Shown: one piece after another, positions 24,001 to 37,989 of the stretch | Position numbering within the stretch: position 1 is the stretch's first letter | Layout of the letters: every line of letters begins with the position of its first letter | Assembly: GCF_036321535.1 (NCBI RefSeq) | Contig: NC_087437.1 | Coordinates: 94,304,001 to 94,368,000, forward strand | Source: Camelus dromedarius | Taxonomy: Eukaryota | Direction of reading: 5' to 3' | Length of the DNA stretch: 64,000 nt | Position numbers and translations under genes: made by a program | The notes under the pieces: model-generated | The model's input: only the letters and a program-made list of their open reading frames with translations | Database searches by the model: none | What the model was told of the DNA's origin: nothing

Positions 24001-25825
24001 TCTGCTTCGTAAGTTTAATATTACATCATAAGTTTAATCAATACTACTGGAAAAGTAAACTTTCTTCTCAGAGGTTGAACTGTCATCTAACACCTGGATA
24101 AATAACCACAGGGAAGTATTACTTTAAGGTCTGGATTCTTTGTACTAGTTCCTTCATTCAGGAAACACTGGAGGGTCACAATGGTGTTGATTGCCTTGCT
24201 AGGCCTTAGGGTACAGAGATGAATGAGTTGTGGTCTTTGACCTCAGGGATCTTGCATTCCAAACAGATTGCTGATATGTGATCAGATAAATAGCAAGAAA
24301 TCAATCCCATGCATTTGAATTGGCTGTGTAGTTGGCCAAGCACGTTATGGGAACCATGGATGTAAGAGCATTGTCCTAAGCTGAAAAACTATTGTATGGA
24401 AAAAAAAACCAAGAAATGTTGAAAAGCTCACTGTCACTGAGAAACATGTCAATACCTTAACCTAATCATTATATATATATATATATTTATATCCAGTGAA
24501 AAAGAATTGAAGTTTACGTTTGTATTCCTTTATTATTTCCACTTACTTCGAGACAGCAAAACAACAAAACATTTGGAGGTTGTGTAACCATCATCAGGGT
24601 CATTTGGAGCTCCATCTTACACTGAGATAGGGTTTCTACAAAAATAATTTGAAAGCATCTTTTCCCTGATTCTATTTATTTTGGTTTCAGAGAAATCTGG
24701 ATGTATATGATTGAACAACTTGGCAGTTCATTAAATTGAATAATTTTGAATATCTGAAAGTTGGTAATTTATCTTCCATTCAGCTGTGAGAAATGAATAA
24801 AGCTGTATAAAGCTTTCAGTATAAAATTCTTTATTATCCTATATTTCCACTAACCAAGTCCAGGTAGGAATTCTTCTTGATACCAGGTGACCTATTGGAT
24901 GGAGAAATGATATTTCATGAAAACAATTACCAAGAAAAGTTGTAAAATATTCATTAGCACTCTCTGCTACAGTTAAAGTTTTATTTACATTTTATCCAAG
25001 CTGTATTTTTAGTAAATAAATTAAAATACACTGATAGGTAACTTTTTGCTTCTTCTCTGCCATGCAAAACCCTAAGTCACGTCAACTGAAATTCCTATCG
25101 GTGTTCCTACTCTTGTAGAAAAACTTAGTATGTTGGTTGCTTAAACTCTTGCCACTTCCAACAGCCCATTAAACTGTATGCCCAAAAGAGTCCATCACAA
25201 GGCTAACTTTCGGCATCAGTTGAAATTTACTTTTTATATTTTAGGAAGTTTAAATTTTGTTATTTTGTGTTTTAGAAAGATGGTCGGAAACAGGACACTG
25301 CTTCATGGTATCCTTTTTCTTAGTACCTTATATAGAAATTGTGTGGGAGGCACAAACTGAACCATGTCTAGAATAATAGCCAGCTTCCCCTCCCTCAGTG
25401 ATCACAGCACTTTATGTTATAAACTTCCCATGTTCGGGATTACACACTCTATTTTGGGTGTCTTTGTAACTGCCACTTCTCTTTATGTCTGAGAAGACAT
25501 TTTCAGTTCCTAGTCATTGGCTTCATTTAAAATTGTTTTTCACGTGTCCTGGTCCATATGCTGAATGCTAGGCAACTACTATTGGTGACGTGGGACTCTG
25601 TATTCCTGATTCCCTCTATGTATGTATGGCTCACTAGCTCCTGTCTACAAGCCTTTCTTAAAATACTTCATTTCTCTTCCCTACTTAGTCCATTTGCCAC
25701 ATTTCAAGTTCTTATTTAATACTCTTCATTTCTAAGGGCATTTTAAGATTAATCTTACTTGAATACAAAGATGTTAGACTCTTGGGCAGTACGTGCTCAA
25801 AAGAAAAATCTCTTAGTGTTAATTT

Positions 25826-25955
25826 AGTGCTTCTCAAACTTTAATGTGCATATAAACCAACTGGGGTTTTGTTAAAACGCAGATTCTACAAACCTAACAA
25901 GCTCCCAGGTGCTGCCACTGCTGTGGGTCCGAGACCACACTTTGAGTAGCAAGGT
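25826..25955. mobile_element. MER5A-like hAT-Charlie MITE
   Basis: agtgcttctcaaactttaatgtgcat..aacaagctcccaggtg..gaccacactttgagtagca. Confidence 0.85.
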
Positions 25956-26411
25956 GTTAATCCATCCATATCTGACATCATCTGGGAAGGATATAATCGA
26001 TTATTCAAAATATTTACTGAACACCGACTATACCAGAAACATCAAACATTGCACTGTGCCAGATTCCAGTAATCACTGGAACAGGTCAGCAAAAGAAGTC
26101 AAGGTTTCCACTTTCATGGCATTTAAATTCCAGTGGAGAAAATAGAAAGTAAATGAATGATAACATAAACAAACATTTTGATAAGAACAATAAGGAAAAT
26201 AAACACAATATATCCCATAGAGTACATGGGAAACATCTAGCTATCTGAAATGTTTAGGGGAGAAGAAGTAACAATTCAACAGTGAGCTGTAGAAAGTGAA
26301 GGAACCAGTTATACAGAGCAGAAGAAAACAGCCTCTAGAGGAATCAGTCAGTGTGAAGTCTTGTCTAGTAACATTTAGAGAACGTGAGATATTAGAAAGG
26401 AGACCAAACGT

Positions 26412-26548
26412 GGGGAGGGTTCAGCTCAGTGGTAGAGCGCGTGCACGAGGTCCTGGGTTCAATCCCCAGTGCCTCCATTAAAATAAATAAAGAAATAAAC
26501 CTAATTACCCCCCAAAACAAAAACAAAACAAAATGAACAACAACAACA
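26412..26548 (+). mobile_element. Camelid Vic-1-like tRNA-derived SINE
   Basis: ggggagggttcagctcagtggtagagcg (A box), ggttcaatcc (B box), aaataaacctaattacc and an A-rich tail. Confidence 0.85.
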
Positions 26549-26754
26549 CCCTAGAAAAGAGGACTGAGAACACAGCTAAAGTTGAGTGAGCACTTGGTGG
26601 AGAAGCAGGCTGGAGGCAGTACCCTTTAGATTTTGGATTTAAAAAAAAAATCTAAAAGCAATAAAAATTCACTTAAGTAGCACTTGTTTATTTAAATAGT
26701 AAATGCACACAGTCTTTGTTTTCTGGAGAGCACAAGGGCAAGAGCAAAAGAAGA

Positions 26755-26980
26755 GGTATGGGCGCCATTCAGGAAGGAGGCTCAGAACGCTCCGTCGTCG
26801 TGGCCGTAGCGGTAAGAGTCGCAGCAGCCGCAGAGCAGGTGCGATCAGTCCTCTGATGGGATCTAGTTGTAAGACGGCCCGGCAGCGGAGGAATAAGGGA
26901 GCTGTAAGGCACACGAAGCAGTGGGGAGAGAGAACCGGATATCTGTGCTCTGCTAAACCTGGCAAATGTGCAGGTAAGTC
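26755..26980 (+). other. Small CpG-rich islet ending in a consensus splice donor (candidate exon)
   Basis: 15 CpG counted in 26761-26940; CAG|GTAAGT with GT at 26974. Confidence 0.4.
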
Positions 26981-29051
26981 ACTATCTTTTCTCAAAAAGA
27001 GTATCTTTTACACTTAGATCTACAAACCGGAGTTAATTGTTTCTCATATGATGTGAAATCGGGGTCAGTATGCATTATTTGTCATATGGAAATCCGGTTA
27101 TAGAAATCCTAATAATCCTGTGCCATTTATTCCAATTACCGACGTTTCTCCACTAAACTATAGTGTCACTTTGTCAATTGTATGTTAATTTTATAGATGT
27201 GGGCCTGTTTCCAGACCTTCTATTCTGTCAGTTGAGAGCCTTTGTTTTTCAGCAGGCTTTTCATGGTATATAGTGAAGCCTCAAGCCAAACCTGTTGGTG
27301 TGCTCTTAAAACTACCCGGAATTCTACTGAGATTGAGTATTAATATCTACACATAAAATAGGATGCTGATCCATCATCTTCTCCAAACAGAATGTGAAGT
27401 AGATGCAACTAATGTGGTGTCATGGACTTCATCTATGCAAACAAACCTTTTACGCTGAAAAGCAGTACATGAAAATCTTCAATTACAGAAATAACAAGTG
27501 AGGTTACTAATCCTTTAAATACCCCATTGCAAATGCACAAACAGAAACGCCAGAAATTAGACTTTTTCAAACAAAGAGATCAAAAAGTACCCATTAAATT
27601 ACTAAATTTCATAGTTTAAAGCCATTAGTAAAAGAAACAATAAATTATGATGCCAATTTTACACAAACCCTCCAGTACAACAAATCACCATGTCTTTGTT
27701 TTTAAACTAAACAGTAAGGACAACCCTTTATTATTCTCTCACGTCTGGAAGTATGTCAGATATTTCCTAGGTAATTCTAACTACAGTGCGAATGTATTTC
27801 TAAAACAACTTAGTTAAAATGACATAGTGCCCTGAGGTACCCTGATGATTTCATATATGGTTATTCTTTGAAATGTTGACTATTTCCCCTCACGCTTAAA
27901 TTCAATTTCACTTGGTTTTTATCTTCATAATTTTTCTGGAGGGTATATTGCATTACAGATCTGACATGGAAACCAAGAGATAAAGTCCTATAAAATCAAA
28001 TAAAGGCTAAGAACAGTTTTGTTTTGTTTTGTTTTCAGTGGAGATGGATAGGGAGTCACAGTACAGTTACAACAAACTTTTGGTTCAGAAAACGTGATTG
28101 AATTAAATGGAACATTTCTCTGAGATAGAGAGATCAAATTATTTGACAAAATGAAGTAGAGCTGTTTTCTGTTTAGTCTACCTTGCTACAGAGTAGATTT
28201 AAAGGGCACTAGAATTTTATGAGAATCCATCTCCTCCTCAAAGTTCCTGGCCCCAAAGGAAAGGCAGTTTCTCGTATATTCTCCATTCCTATTATTCTAT
28301 TTTCTATTTCAGTGTAGCGTTAGAAAATGGCCCTCAAACCCACGGGTTTCAAATTATTAACTACATTTTTATGCATCATCTTAATTTCACTTTGGGCAAG
28401 AATTTTTCTTCAATTTTATTTTTAAAATAAAACTGAGCCTGACAGTAAACCTGAGAGTAAAATTAACAACTTTTATTTTTGGCTTTCCCACTCTCTAAAC
28501 ACCAGATTTCTTTCTTCTTGAATCAGAGACTGTGTACTGAACAGGTTTAAACCACAGTCTAGGGCCGCATCTCTAACGCGTAGCTGTTAAACAGTAAATC
28601 TGAAATGTGTGTGGTCCAATGCAGAAAGATAAAGAAAAATCACAGATATGATCTCTTTCTTTATTTCTCATTAGCATAGGATTTCATATACTGAGGGCAT
28701 GGAGCCCTCAAATCAGTTCAATCAGACATTCTGAGCAGGAATACTGTTCAGAAACATTAAAAAGGAGAATGAATTAACAGTTTTCTTAACTTCCAAAGGT
28801 CACCTGACTTCTGGTCTCATAAATGGGGACCTGGGGAGCCAGGAGGTGGCCTTACCAAGCTCAGCTCTGCAGGGGGCCCTTTTATTTTATTTCAACTGAA
28901 ACTTACATGTTCACAAAGCCTGATTTTGTGGCTTCCTAGCTAATGGAGAAGCTTATTTCTGATGATATGAGGAGAGTAAAACTCCAAGATTTCTCCTTTT
29001 TTCCAGAAACAAGAAATGCATTTAAATTTGGTCATCCAGATAAAATAGCCC

Positions 29052-29440
29052 TCTGATGGTTAATTTTATGTGTCAACTTGTCTAGTCTGTGGTGCACAGT
29101 TGTTTTGTCAAACACCCGTCTAGATGGTGCTCCAAGGCACTTTTGATGTAATTAACATTTAAATCAGTAGACATTGACTAAAGCAGATTAACTTCCATAA
29201 ATTAATCTCATGCAATCATTTGGAGGCCTTAGGAGAAAAAGTGAGGTTTCCAGGGGAAGAAGGAATTCTCCTCAAGACTACATCAACTCTTATCTGAATT
29301 TCCAGCCTGCGGCTTGCCCTACAAATTTTATGCTTGCCAGCACCCATGATCGCATCAGACAATTATTTAGAATAAATCTATTAATAACATACAGATGGAT
29401 AGATGGCTAATATCATTAGGTTCCGGAGATTTAGGACATA
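29052..29440 (+). mobile_element. ERVL LTR (MLT2 family)
   Basis: tgatggttaattttatgtgtcaacttg..taaagcagatta..tttccagcctgc..aataaatct. Confidence 0.9.
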
Positions 29441-29745
29441 GTGATGGGAGACTTTGAGACCATCAGAGTCTGAGCGTGTCCTTGGTACTGTCTTCTACAA
29501 CTGGCCAAAAACACCACCTGTATATGAACCTGAGCTTAACTGCAAAAGTTCACAGAATAAGTGTTTTAGAAAAAAATACAAACAGTGGCAATAACAAAGT
29601 GGCAGTTACATAATTTTTAGTAGCTTATTTGATTTTTTTTAATACCCAGTAAAGACTACTTGAATATAAAGGAAAAAAAAATGTCAGTACTTTAACTTCA
29701 GCTGCCCTTCTCCAATGCCGTATTATTTCTGGTCTCAAGAATGTA

Positions 29746-30068
29746 TTTACAAAACAGACAGAGAATCACAGATATAGAAAACAAATTTATGGTTACCAGG
29801 TGGGAAAAGAGGTGGAAAGGGATAAATTGGGGATTTGAGATTTGCAGACACTAACTAATATACAAAATAGGTAAGCAACAAGTTCATACTGTATAGCACC
29901 GGGAACTATATTCAATATCTTGTAGTAACCTATGGTGAAAAGAATATGAAAACAAATACATGTATGTTCACGTATGACTGAAGCACTATGCTGTACACCA
30001 GAAATTGACACAACATTGTAAACTGACTATACTTCAATAAAAAATATATATATATATACAGAAAAAAA
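29746..30068 (+). mobile_element. 5'-truncated cetartiodactyl-type L1 3' UTR with TSD
   Basis: 3' UTR ending acattgtaaactgactatacttcaataaaaa; 9-bp TSD AAGAATGTA at 29737-29745 and 30069-30077. Confidence 0.9.
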
Positions 30069-30261
30069 AAGAATGTACCATAAGGAACAGAGGAGAATTG
30101 GAATTGGATAAGGAGTAATGTTCACTCCCTTCTCTCAGAAATCATATAGAGAACAAAGCATCACACATCCAGCTGAGACCTACTGAGTCCTAACTGTCTC
30201 CAAGGCACTCTCTTGGGCAATAGGGGTAAAATCATGGGTACCTTGTATGTTGTTCAGGTCG

Positions 30262-30697
30262 TGTTGCCACAGGTATGGTTCTCACAGAGACAAGCTCTGA
30301 GACAGAGTTGGGAGTGCGAGAATTTTATAAAGAAGTAACACCTGTGAAGGAAAAGGAAAGGAAGAAAAATTGGGTGAGAGAAGCCCTCAGACCACAGTAA
30401 AGTCTCTGCTGGCCAAGCAAAGTGTCTTGGAGAAAAGGGTACCCCCTTAGAGGAGGTTTTCCTTGGTAGAAATGCTCAGGACCTTGGACCGACATCTTGC
30501 CCAGTCAGCGTCCAGGCCTTTCCCTGAGAAGGGCATGCTCTCATCTGACAATACTTTCCTCAGTTTTTGACTGGGGTTCCCTCTAGGGTGGATCTTGACG
30601 GAGCCAACAGTGGGGCACACTCCTCACTGCTGGGCAGCTAGTCCCTTCTTGAAGGGACAGCTAAGCAGTGTGTCTCCTTGTCTGCTGTGGTCTACCA
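30262..30697 (-). mobile_element. ERVL-class LTR (LTR40/41/16-like), 3' LTR of the adjacent provirus
   Basis: ctctgagacagagttgggagtgc..aacacctgtgaagg..cttgaagggacagct pattern; abuts the ERVL internal sequence. Confidence 0.7.
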
Positions 30698-33600
30698 GTT
30701 GTACCGCACGATCCTGTGGGTTTGGGAAGAAGCTTCTTTCTCATGGTGCCTGTGAGAATTCCTTCCTGAGGGGAAAATTTGAAGTGGGAAAAAGAGGGAA
30801 AAACCACAGGCCCAATTGCTTCAGAGGTCTCAGGGCTATAATCCATACTCCCTTCTCCCTCTTTCACTGTCCATTCTAAATTCTCCCCACCCTCAGTTAT
30901 TCTTTTCGCCAGTCACACTGCTTCATCCAGTGGGGGTGAACTTCCTGAAATGTCTGAAGCCCCAGCAGCCATGCCCTTTTCAGGCTGGAAATGATGCACT
31001 TTTCCAGACACGTGTGCATTTCTGTTTACAGTTACAGTTAGACAAGGGGATATGATGAGTCCCCCAACATGGAGGCACCCTAGCTCCATACACAGCGTTC
31101 CTTGTCCCCACTGTGAAACCACAGCCCCATCCCCTTCTGATAATCGGGGTCAATTATCCCTGAAAAGAAAGTGACTCATCTTCTTGCCCTCTGATCTAAG
31201 GTGCCGAGGTGATGTCCTAGCTTGCAGTGCTTTGAGACTCTTGCTGTGCTCCCGGCAAGAGTGCATCCATGTTTGAGACCAGATTCAGGGCTTCTAACTC
31301 TACAGCATCCAAAGTGAAAGGGATGGGAACCGCAAAGTCCCATGTAAGTCTTGGAGCATATTGAAAGGTGGGGCACCTTCTATATTTTAGTTCCTGAATC
31401 TAAGATCTAAGTATTCTTTCTTTGGGGAATGCAGTACCATTTAGCCGTTTCTAATTTAATGCTTGTACAGCATCCTGGGGCATGGCACCTCCTCCTTAGA
31501 GGGCATCGCCTCCAGGCTATCACTTCACTTTCAGTACGCCATTATAATGCCTATAATTTCTGCATGATGCAGGATGTAATGTAACCAGTGGATCTGATGA
31601 TGATGGCTCCAATCCCACGTCTCTTTTCCTGTGAGGCTGTTCCTCTGACTGGATGCTGTGATGTGTGGAATTCTATGCCTGTGGATCAGGATTTCTGTAA
31701 GCCTTTGGATAGAGGTCTTATGGAGAGAAAAGCCAAACACGTGCCTGAGCTAAACGTTTATTCCTGGAATATAAGCCCATGGTTCTTCCAGGACAGAAAG
31801 GGCAAATGTAGTCACCCTGTCAGTGGTGGCCAGTTTGTTTCTTTAAGGAATAGTGTCGTAATGCTCACATGTTGTTGGTAGGTTGTCAGCAGTGGCAAGT
31901 TGGGCCCAAGTGGGAATCTATGCTGTTGAACCCTTGCATTGCCCCCATCTCTTCTACCGTGGCCCCTGAATTCCTGTGCCCACCGTGCCAGCATGGGGGT
32001 GAATTCTAGCAAATGCTGGTTGACACTGACCAACTCAGTCATTTTGTCTACTTGGCTCTATAGTGCTTCCTCTGTGGGGAATGTCTCCTGGTGGGCATCA
32101 ACTTGTGACAGGAAGAGCCTTACTTTATAGCTACTCTTATATGTCCCTGCATATGCCCTACCACAGATCTCGCTGTTCTTGACCTTCTAATATATTTCCT
32201 GCTAGACTCCTAACCACCCAGCCAGGCAATTTTCCACTTCCCATATGTTTATATATATTCTAAACTCAGACCACTTCTCCTTCTACACTGAGTGGAGAAC
32301 CAGGTGGGCCACTTGAAGTTCTGCCCTTCAGGAAGATTTTTTTCCTTATGCTGTCTCTTAAGGCCACTTCTGAGTGCGCTACATTGTAGCTGCCATCCAC
32401 GTTTGGATGGCTTCCTCATACCAAGCTTACCCATCCATAAACCAAGTTGTGCCTTTTCTTCATTTTGCATTAGTCATGCAGAACCCTCCAGAGAGCGACT
32501 GTGAGCTAAGGAAAGGGTGCTGATATAACCATGACGTTTGAGTGGGAATCTGGGACAACTGTCCATGCAGCTTGCTTGACCAGGACCTCATGCTTGGTCA
32601 CAGATAAGTCATTTCTGACTTACAATGGATAACTACCATGCCCACTTCACTTTATGACTTGTGAGTCCAAAAGAACGCAGCCCGTTATGGCAATTCCAGA
32701 TGCATGATTACTTGGTACTCTGTAGTCAGGCATTTTGTCTCTTAAGAACTCAGTCAAGCCCCAGAAGCTCTCTTGTAAAGGTGTATGTTTCTCTGCTGCA
32801 CATAGAATGGTCTTGCTCCAGTAACTCAAGAGTCCGTGTTGTACTCTGACTCTCCATTGCACACTGCACCTTTTTCCATCACTGACACCCAGGCGTTACA
32901 AGGTCTGCAGACTGTATGGCCCAAATGGCACAACTGCTTGTTATATAGCTTGGACCTTCTCTGTGCTGCTTCAGGCTCAGCTCCAAGCTACCAGCCTTCC
33001 ATGTCATTTGATATGAAAATCAGAACAATATTCCAAGATATGGAGTATATTATCTTCAGAATCCAAAAGGGTCTACCAGGCTTTGTGTTTTCTTATTTGT
33101 GTTGAGAATGCAAGTTGCATCAACTTGTCTTTTACTTTGGAGAAGCTGTTCTCACATGCCCTGGATGCCTGGACTCCTCCCACTTCACTGAAGTGGCAGA
33201 GCCTATATCTTTATGAGACTTGTTTCCCATCCTTTGGACCACATATGTCTTACCAAGACCTCCAGCATGCTGGCCACTTCTTGCTCCTGCTTCATCAGCA
33301 GGATGCCTCTGATGTAATGGATCTGTAGATGTTTTATGGGATATCCAGATGGTACAGATCTCTTTGGAGTATATTACGGCAGAGGATGGGAGGGTTAACA
33401 CAGCTCTGGGGGAAAATAAAAATATATATTGTTGTGAATGTGAACTTTTATGATTCTCTGTCCTAATTGGAATATAAAAGGATGTGTTTATTTATCCAGT
33501 AGTCATCCGTCCTATACCTGAGGCCACATTAACCTGCTCTAGCTGAGGTATCAAGTCTGGCACAGCAGCTGGGACCAGGGCTACTGGAAGTTTGAGTCTG

Positions 33601-35170
33601 CAGTAACCCACAGCCATTTTTCAGAATCCACTTTGTTTCTGTAGGGCTGGAATGAGGAATTAAATGAAAATATAATAGGGACCACTAGCCCTGCACTTTT
33701 TAGGTTTTTGAGATTGGCAATAATCGCCATTGTTTCCCCCACTTCTGATGTGATATTGTTTTTATTTATCCTAGTTATATACTCAGGCACCAGTGAAATA
33801 ATCACCAGGCAAATCTACAGACACACTGAAAACCAGACTCCAGCCAGGAATCCACTTATTTCTGGCCTCCATATTCCTTCTAACTGAAGAGACATGATGA
33901 TGCTTCAGTTCCCGGGTATCAGTGTCTACCCAGAGCTGATGTCCAACAATAGATGTGTGAGGATTCTCCTTCTCTCATTTTAAAATTACTTAAGATAATG
34001 CCATAGAAGTCTTTGGGGAAGGACTAAGGAAATCCTTTAGAGTGTATACTGGCCATGACCATGTCCAGTCCTTCCCCATAGGGCACCGACCACTTCTTTT
34101 ATCAGAGGGCTTGGTGTCAGAAACTGGACTAATTCCAGAAACTAGTCAAAAGATTTTGAAAAGTTTATTAGTGCAACTGACTTCAGCTTCTTGTTCATCC
34201 AATATTTCTCTCTTTTAAATAACAATGTGAAGAAGTGCCCTTGTTTACTATTCATCTATTTTGTCCCTAGGAATGCATGTTTCGTTAACCATCACCATAA
34301 CTCTCTATGTGTCAGATCCCCTTGCTGTGAATTCTCAGGCATTATAGTAGTTATCTGATATGCCTGGCTTCTGACGTCTAAGCGCTGGTACCTGGCTTCC
34401 ACTCTTTGAGGGCCCCTAAAATATCAGTTATCAGTGAGTTCAGTTCTGTTCAGAGGAGAGCCATCCCTGAACTTCTTAATGATGTTGGTATCTCTTCATT
34501 AGCACATTTCTAATGGTCTTACCAAGTGTGGTATACTCTGCACTTTCCCATGGAATGTAGTTCTCCTTTAGGACTTTGTATCTCTCATAATATGTCTATC
34601 CCAGCTTATCCTTTTTAATGAGATTTTAAACCCCTTTTCTTTCTCACTCAGGCATTTCCACCCTGTTCCCCTTGAGCGATTCCTTTTTCAAGGTTCCTAG
34701 GAGTCAACCTAACTTTTAGTTTATATGTACACAATTTCAAGAGCCATCCTCTATGGTCTAAGCCAAGGAGTGCAATTCCTTTATCCCAAAAAAAGTTTTC
34801 ACAAGTCAATAAAATCTCCCTAGATGGGTCTTATTTTCTGGTTTCCTTAACTGAAGACACTCTGTTATCAGTAGAGTCACATGGATAGTCCCATTTCCCT
34901 ACCAGTACACGTTGGGCAGATTTCATTCATTTGAGATTATACTCTTTTTGCTTCCTTAAAAGGACCAACACATCTCTGGATGGATTATATCTGCCTTAAT
35001 CTGATTATCAGCCTGGCAGCCAAGGGAGAATGCAGGGGCAACAGAATGTGGGATGAAGGCCTCTAAGCATTTTCTAGCCCAGGAGGTAGATAAGTTCTTG
35101 TTGAGAAAAGATGAGCCACTATTGTAGACTCAGAAGTTTCAGAGAAGTCTAGGAACTTTAAATCTTCAAG
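30698..35170 (-). mobile_element. Decayed ERVL internal region (gag-pol remnants)
   Basis: Minus-strand peptides: LKNLKSAGLVVPIIFSFNS (RT start, cf. IKDLKDAGVVIPTTSPFNS, ~33650-33720); WAQEFRGHGRRDGGNARVQQHRFPL (integrase N-terminus, cf. WAHEQSGHGGRDGGYAWAQQHGLPL, ~31900-31990); YIPWESAEYTTLGKTIRNVL (gag-like, ~34500-34560). Many stops and frameshifts. Confidence 0.9.
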
Positions 35171-35553
35171 AGAATCTGTTCTCCCTACATAACATGGTTA
35201 ATCTGTAGCCAGGTTAATACAAATAGACTCTCACCTTGTTGAGTACTTTTTACTCTAACATTTTGACAACTCTTGAAACACTGGGTGATGAGGTGGAAAA
35301 TCAGCAAAAGTAATTTAGACTCATATAATATTTACTTCCTTTGAAATGAGAGAGATTTCTTAAGTTTTAATTAATATTTGGACTGTGTTTGCTGAAGATA
35401 CATCTGGCAGGCTATTTGTTCTATGTCAACACAAGGGAAATTCTGAAATTATTAAAAGTGGAAGAGATTTTGTAAGGTATTACTATGAAAATGCTTTTAG
35501 AAAGAGTATGTATTGATTATAGGACTGCAGCAATACTGATTACCATTAATTTG

Positions 35554-35937
35554 TGTCAACCTAAATAAAGAGGTAAACTGAGGTAAGCTTAAATTACGTG
35601 AAATTGAGTTTTGTAGGGAATAGCAGAGGAATTACAATTCTGGAAATACAAACTATAGCCAGCTACAGGTGAGTTTGTTGAAAGTTTGGAGGTGACTGTA
35701 TTTATAGGCAAAGGATATGTGCAAAGAGGGTGAAGTCCAGCCAGATTCCAAGCAGCAAGTTCACTGGCTTGAGGACAGGGAGAGATTCTTGATGGATGTT
35801 CATTGTTGAGAAGATAAATTCCTATTTTCCGTAAATCAAGTGTTTAAAGGAAATATGTTTCTCAGTTCTTAAGTTTTGTTTTCCTGAGGTCACATGTGTG
35901 AGATTCTCCGTTTCATTTCAGTTGAAGTCCTTTCACA
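35554..35937. mobile_element. Solo ERV1-type LTR
   Basis: TGTCAACC...TTTCACA termini, 384 bp, flanked by tttg/cttg (3/4 TSD match). Confidence 0.55.
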
Positions 35938-37989
35938 CTTGCTTTGGTATCTATTGTAAAAACATTTATTCACAGACTTTTTCATTTACTGGGATAAAAA
36001 GAAATCATAACAAATGTCTTTCAAATACTTAGAAATGCATACCTACTAGCTACTCAATGTAACTGTTTGAATGAACAATATATGCATCATAAGAAAAGAG
36101 AATCATAAATATGAATGTCTTAAATCATTTACTCAGAAATCCAAAAATAAGATTATAGTAATTATTTAGATGACAAAGAGTGACAAAAATGTTAACTCAT
36201 TTTTTGATATTTTGATGCAAGGTATTTTAAGTTCTGAAAAGTTGTACTGATTTCTAGGCAATTTCTTTCTTTTCCTTGAGTATATACTTCAGTCTTGTCA
36301 TATGAGTAGACATCTTACAAGATATATGAAGAATTGAGATATAGTTAATTTTTTAGAAGAAATTTTGTTCCTCCAGAAATCAAGATATTTTATGACATTA
36401 AATTCTCTTATAATTTATTGTAATAGATGTATAATACTGTTACTATGTTGCCAAGGTCATTAAATCCTTGAATTTCCTAAGAAAAAAGGACTATTGCATA
36501 ATTTAAAGGTGCCTGAGGGTAACGCATTTATATATCACCTCTGTACTTACCCAGTGCTAGGAATAACTTGTTTGTCTGTTGGTTATTTGCTTTTTGTAAA
36601 ACTTCATTTCTTTTTTTAAAACAGTGGATAGTTAAAATTGTATAAATTACATAAACAAGCTTTATAATAAAACTGGAAAATACTTATTATATATCAATAC
36701 AGCACACATTTAATTCTCAATGTAAACATACCTATTTAGATTTAAGCACAGGAAACTAATCCTAAATTGACAAAAATTCCACAAGTTAAATTAGAGTTCC
36801 CAGGAAACTCAATAACTTCCTCATTACCTTGTCCTTCAACATGCTATGTAACAAGTTGAAATTAGTGACATCATTTTAAGTCTTTATTATCATAAGAGTA
36901 ATTTTCATGCCTCAGAACATCCTCCTTTAATAATTATTGAGTAAAATATTCAGTATTTTAATACAATTATAACAGCTACCACATGTCTTATGTCTCATTC
37001 TGTAATTATATTTAAGGTAGAAAACTTTACATTGCTTCTTGCAGTTTTCTCCCAAGTCTTTAATTTAATATGAAAAAGTATATAGTTGTTTTAAGTTGTT
37101 ATATTGTTGTTCAAGGCATATAAGTTGGAATACTTTTGAAAAGTTACATTGTATTGCCCTAGGGTTCTGTGAATATTTCCATACAAGTGAAGACTATCGT
37201 AACATTTTTTGTATTGTATTCCATGAATATATATACTTTAATATAGGTGAGACCACACATTAAAATAACACAGTGTACGGTTTTATTTCAATGTTTTCAT
37301 ATGAGAGATATTGAGAAATCACACATTTAGAAACAATATTCCTTCATTTCAAATATGTGTGTGTCACTATAAATATAAATCTATTTTGGAATGTGGACGT
37401 GATAATCATTTGCCTATAAAACATTGTTTCCAGAGATACATATGTGTAATATTTTGATGAGAATGGATTTTAAATTTTTCAACATGTTATTGTCACTGAA
37501 TTGCCTTTTATGAACTGAAGCAGAATTTACCCAGAATCTGTATAAGTTCCGGACATAATTTACTCATTTTAGAAAAAAGTCCCCCTCTTTTTCTATCAGG
37601 AAATAATATACTGTCATCTTGGTATTTAGAATCAGAGAATGGAGGGAAATTTATGAAGATAATTATCTGTTCTACTTCCTTTCCTCTGGGTAAGACCACA
37701 TCCAAACAAAACCAAGAGAATTGCTTTCTTTGGAAATGGGAAAACAGACTAAATCCCTCCAGAACATCAGTGTTTATATTCACGGACATCTTTAATATCT
37801 TGCCTACATCTTTTATTCTGTTTATATATATTATTTTACTGGACCTCATGAAAAGGCAGGATAACTACCTTGTTTTCCATGCTCTCATAAAATAACTCCA
37901 GTCTCCGATTCACCAACAAACCCCACCCCCACCCCTCTGGCCCCAAACCAAGTTGCTTCCAGCTGCTACCCTGTTGTACATAAAAATGG

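Noticed and set aside
24661..24870. Strong plus-strand acceptor at 24690 with a possible donor near 24864
   Set aside because: Stop-rich and unsupported; such sites arise often by chance in AT-rich DNA.
26412..26480. tRNA gene
   Set aside because: A/B boxes belong to a SINE head with an A-rich tail; no complete cloverleaf.
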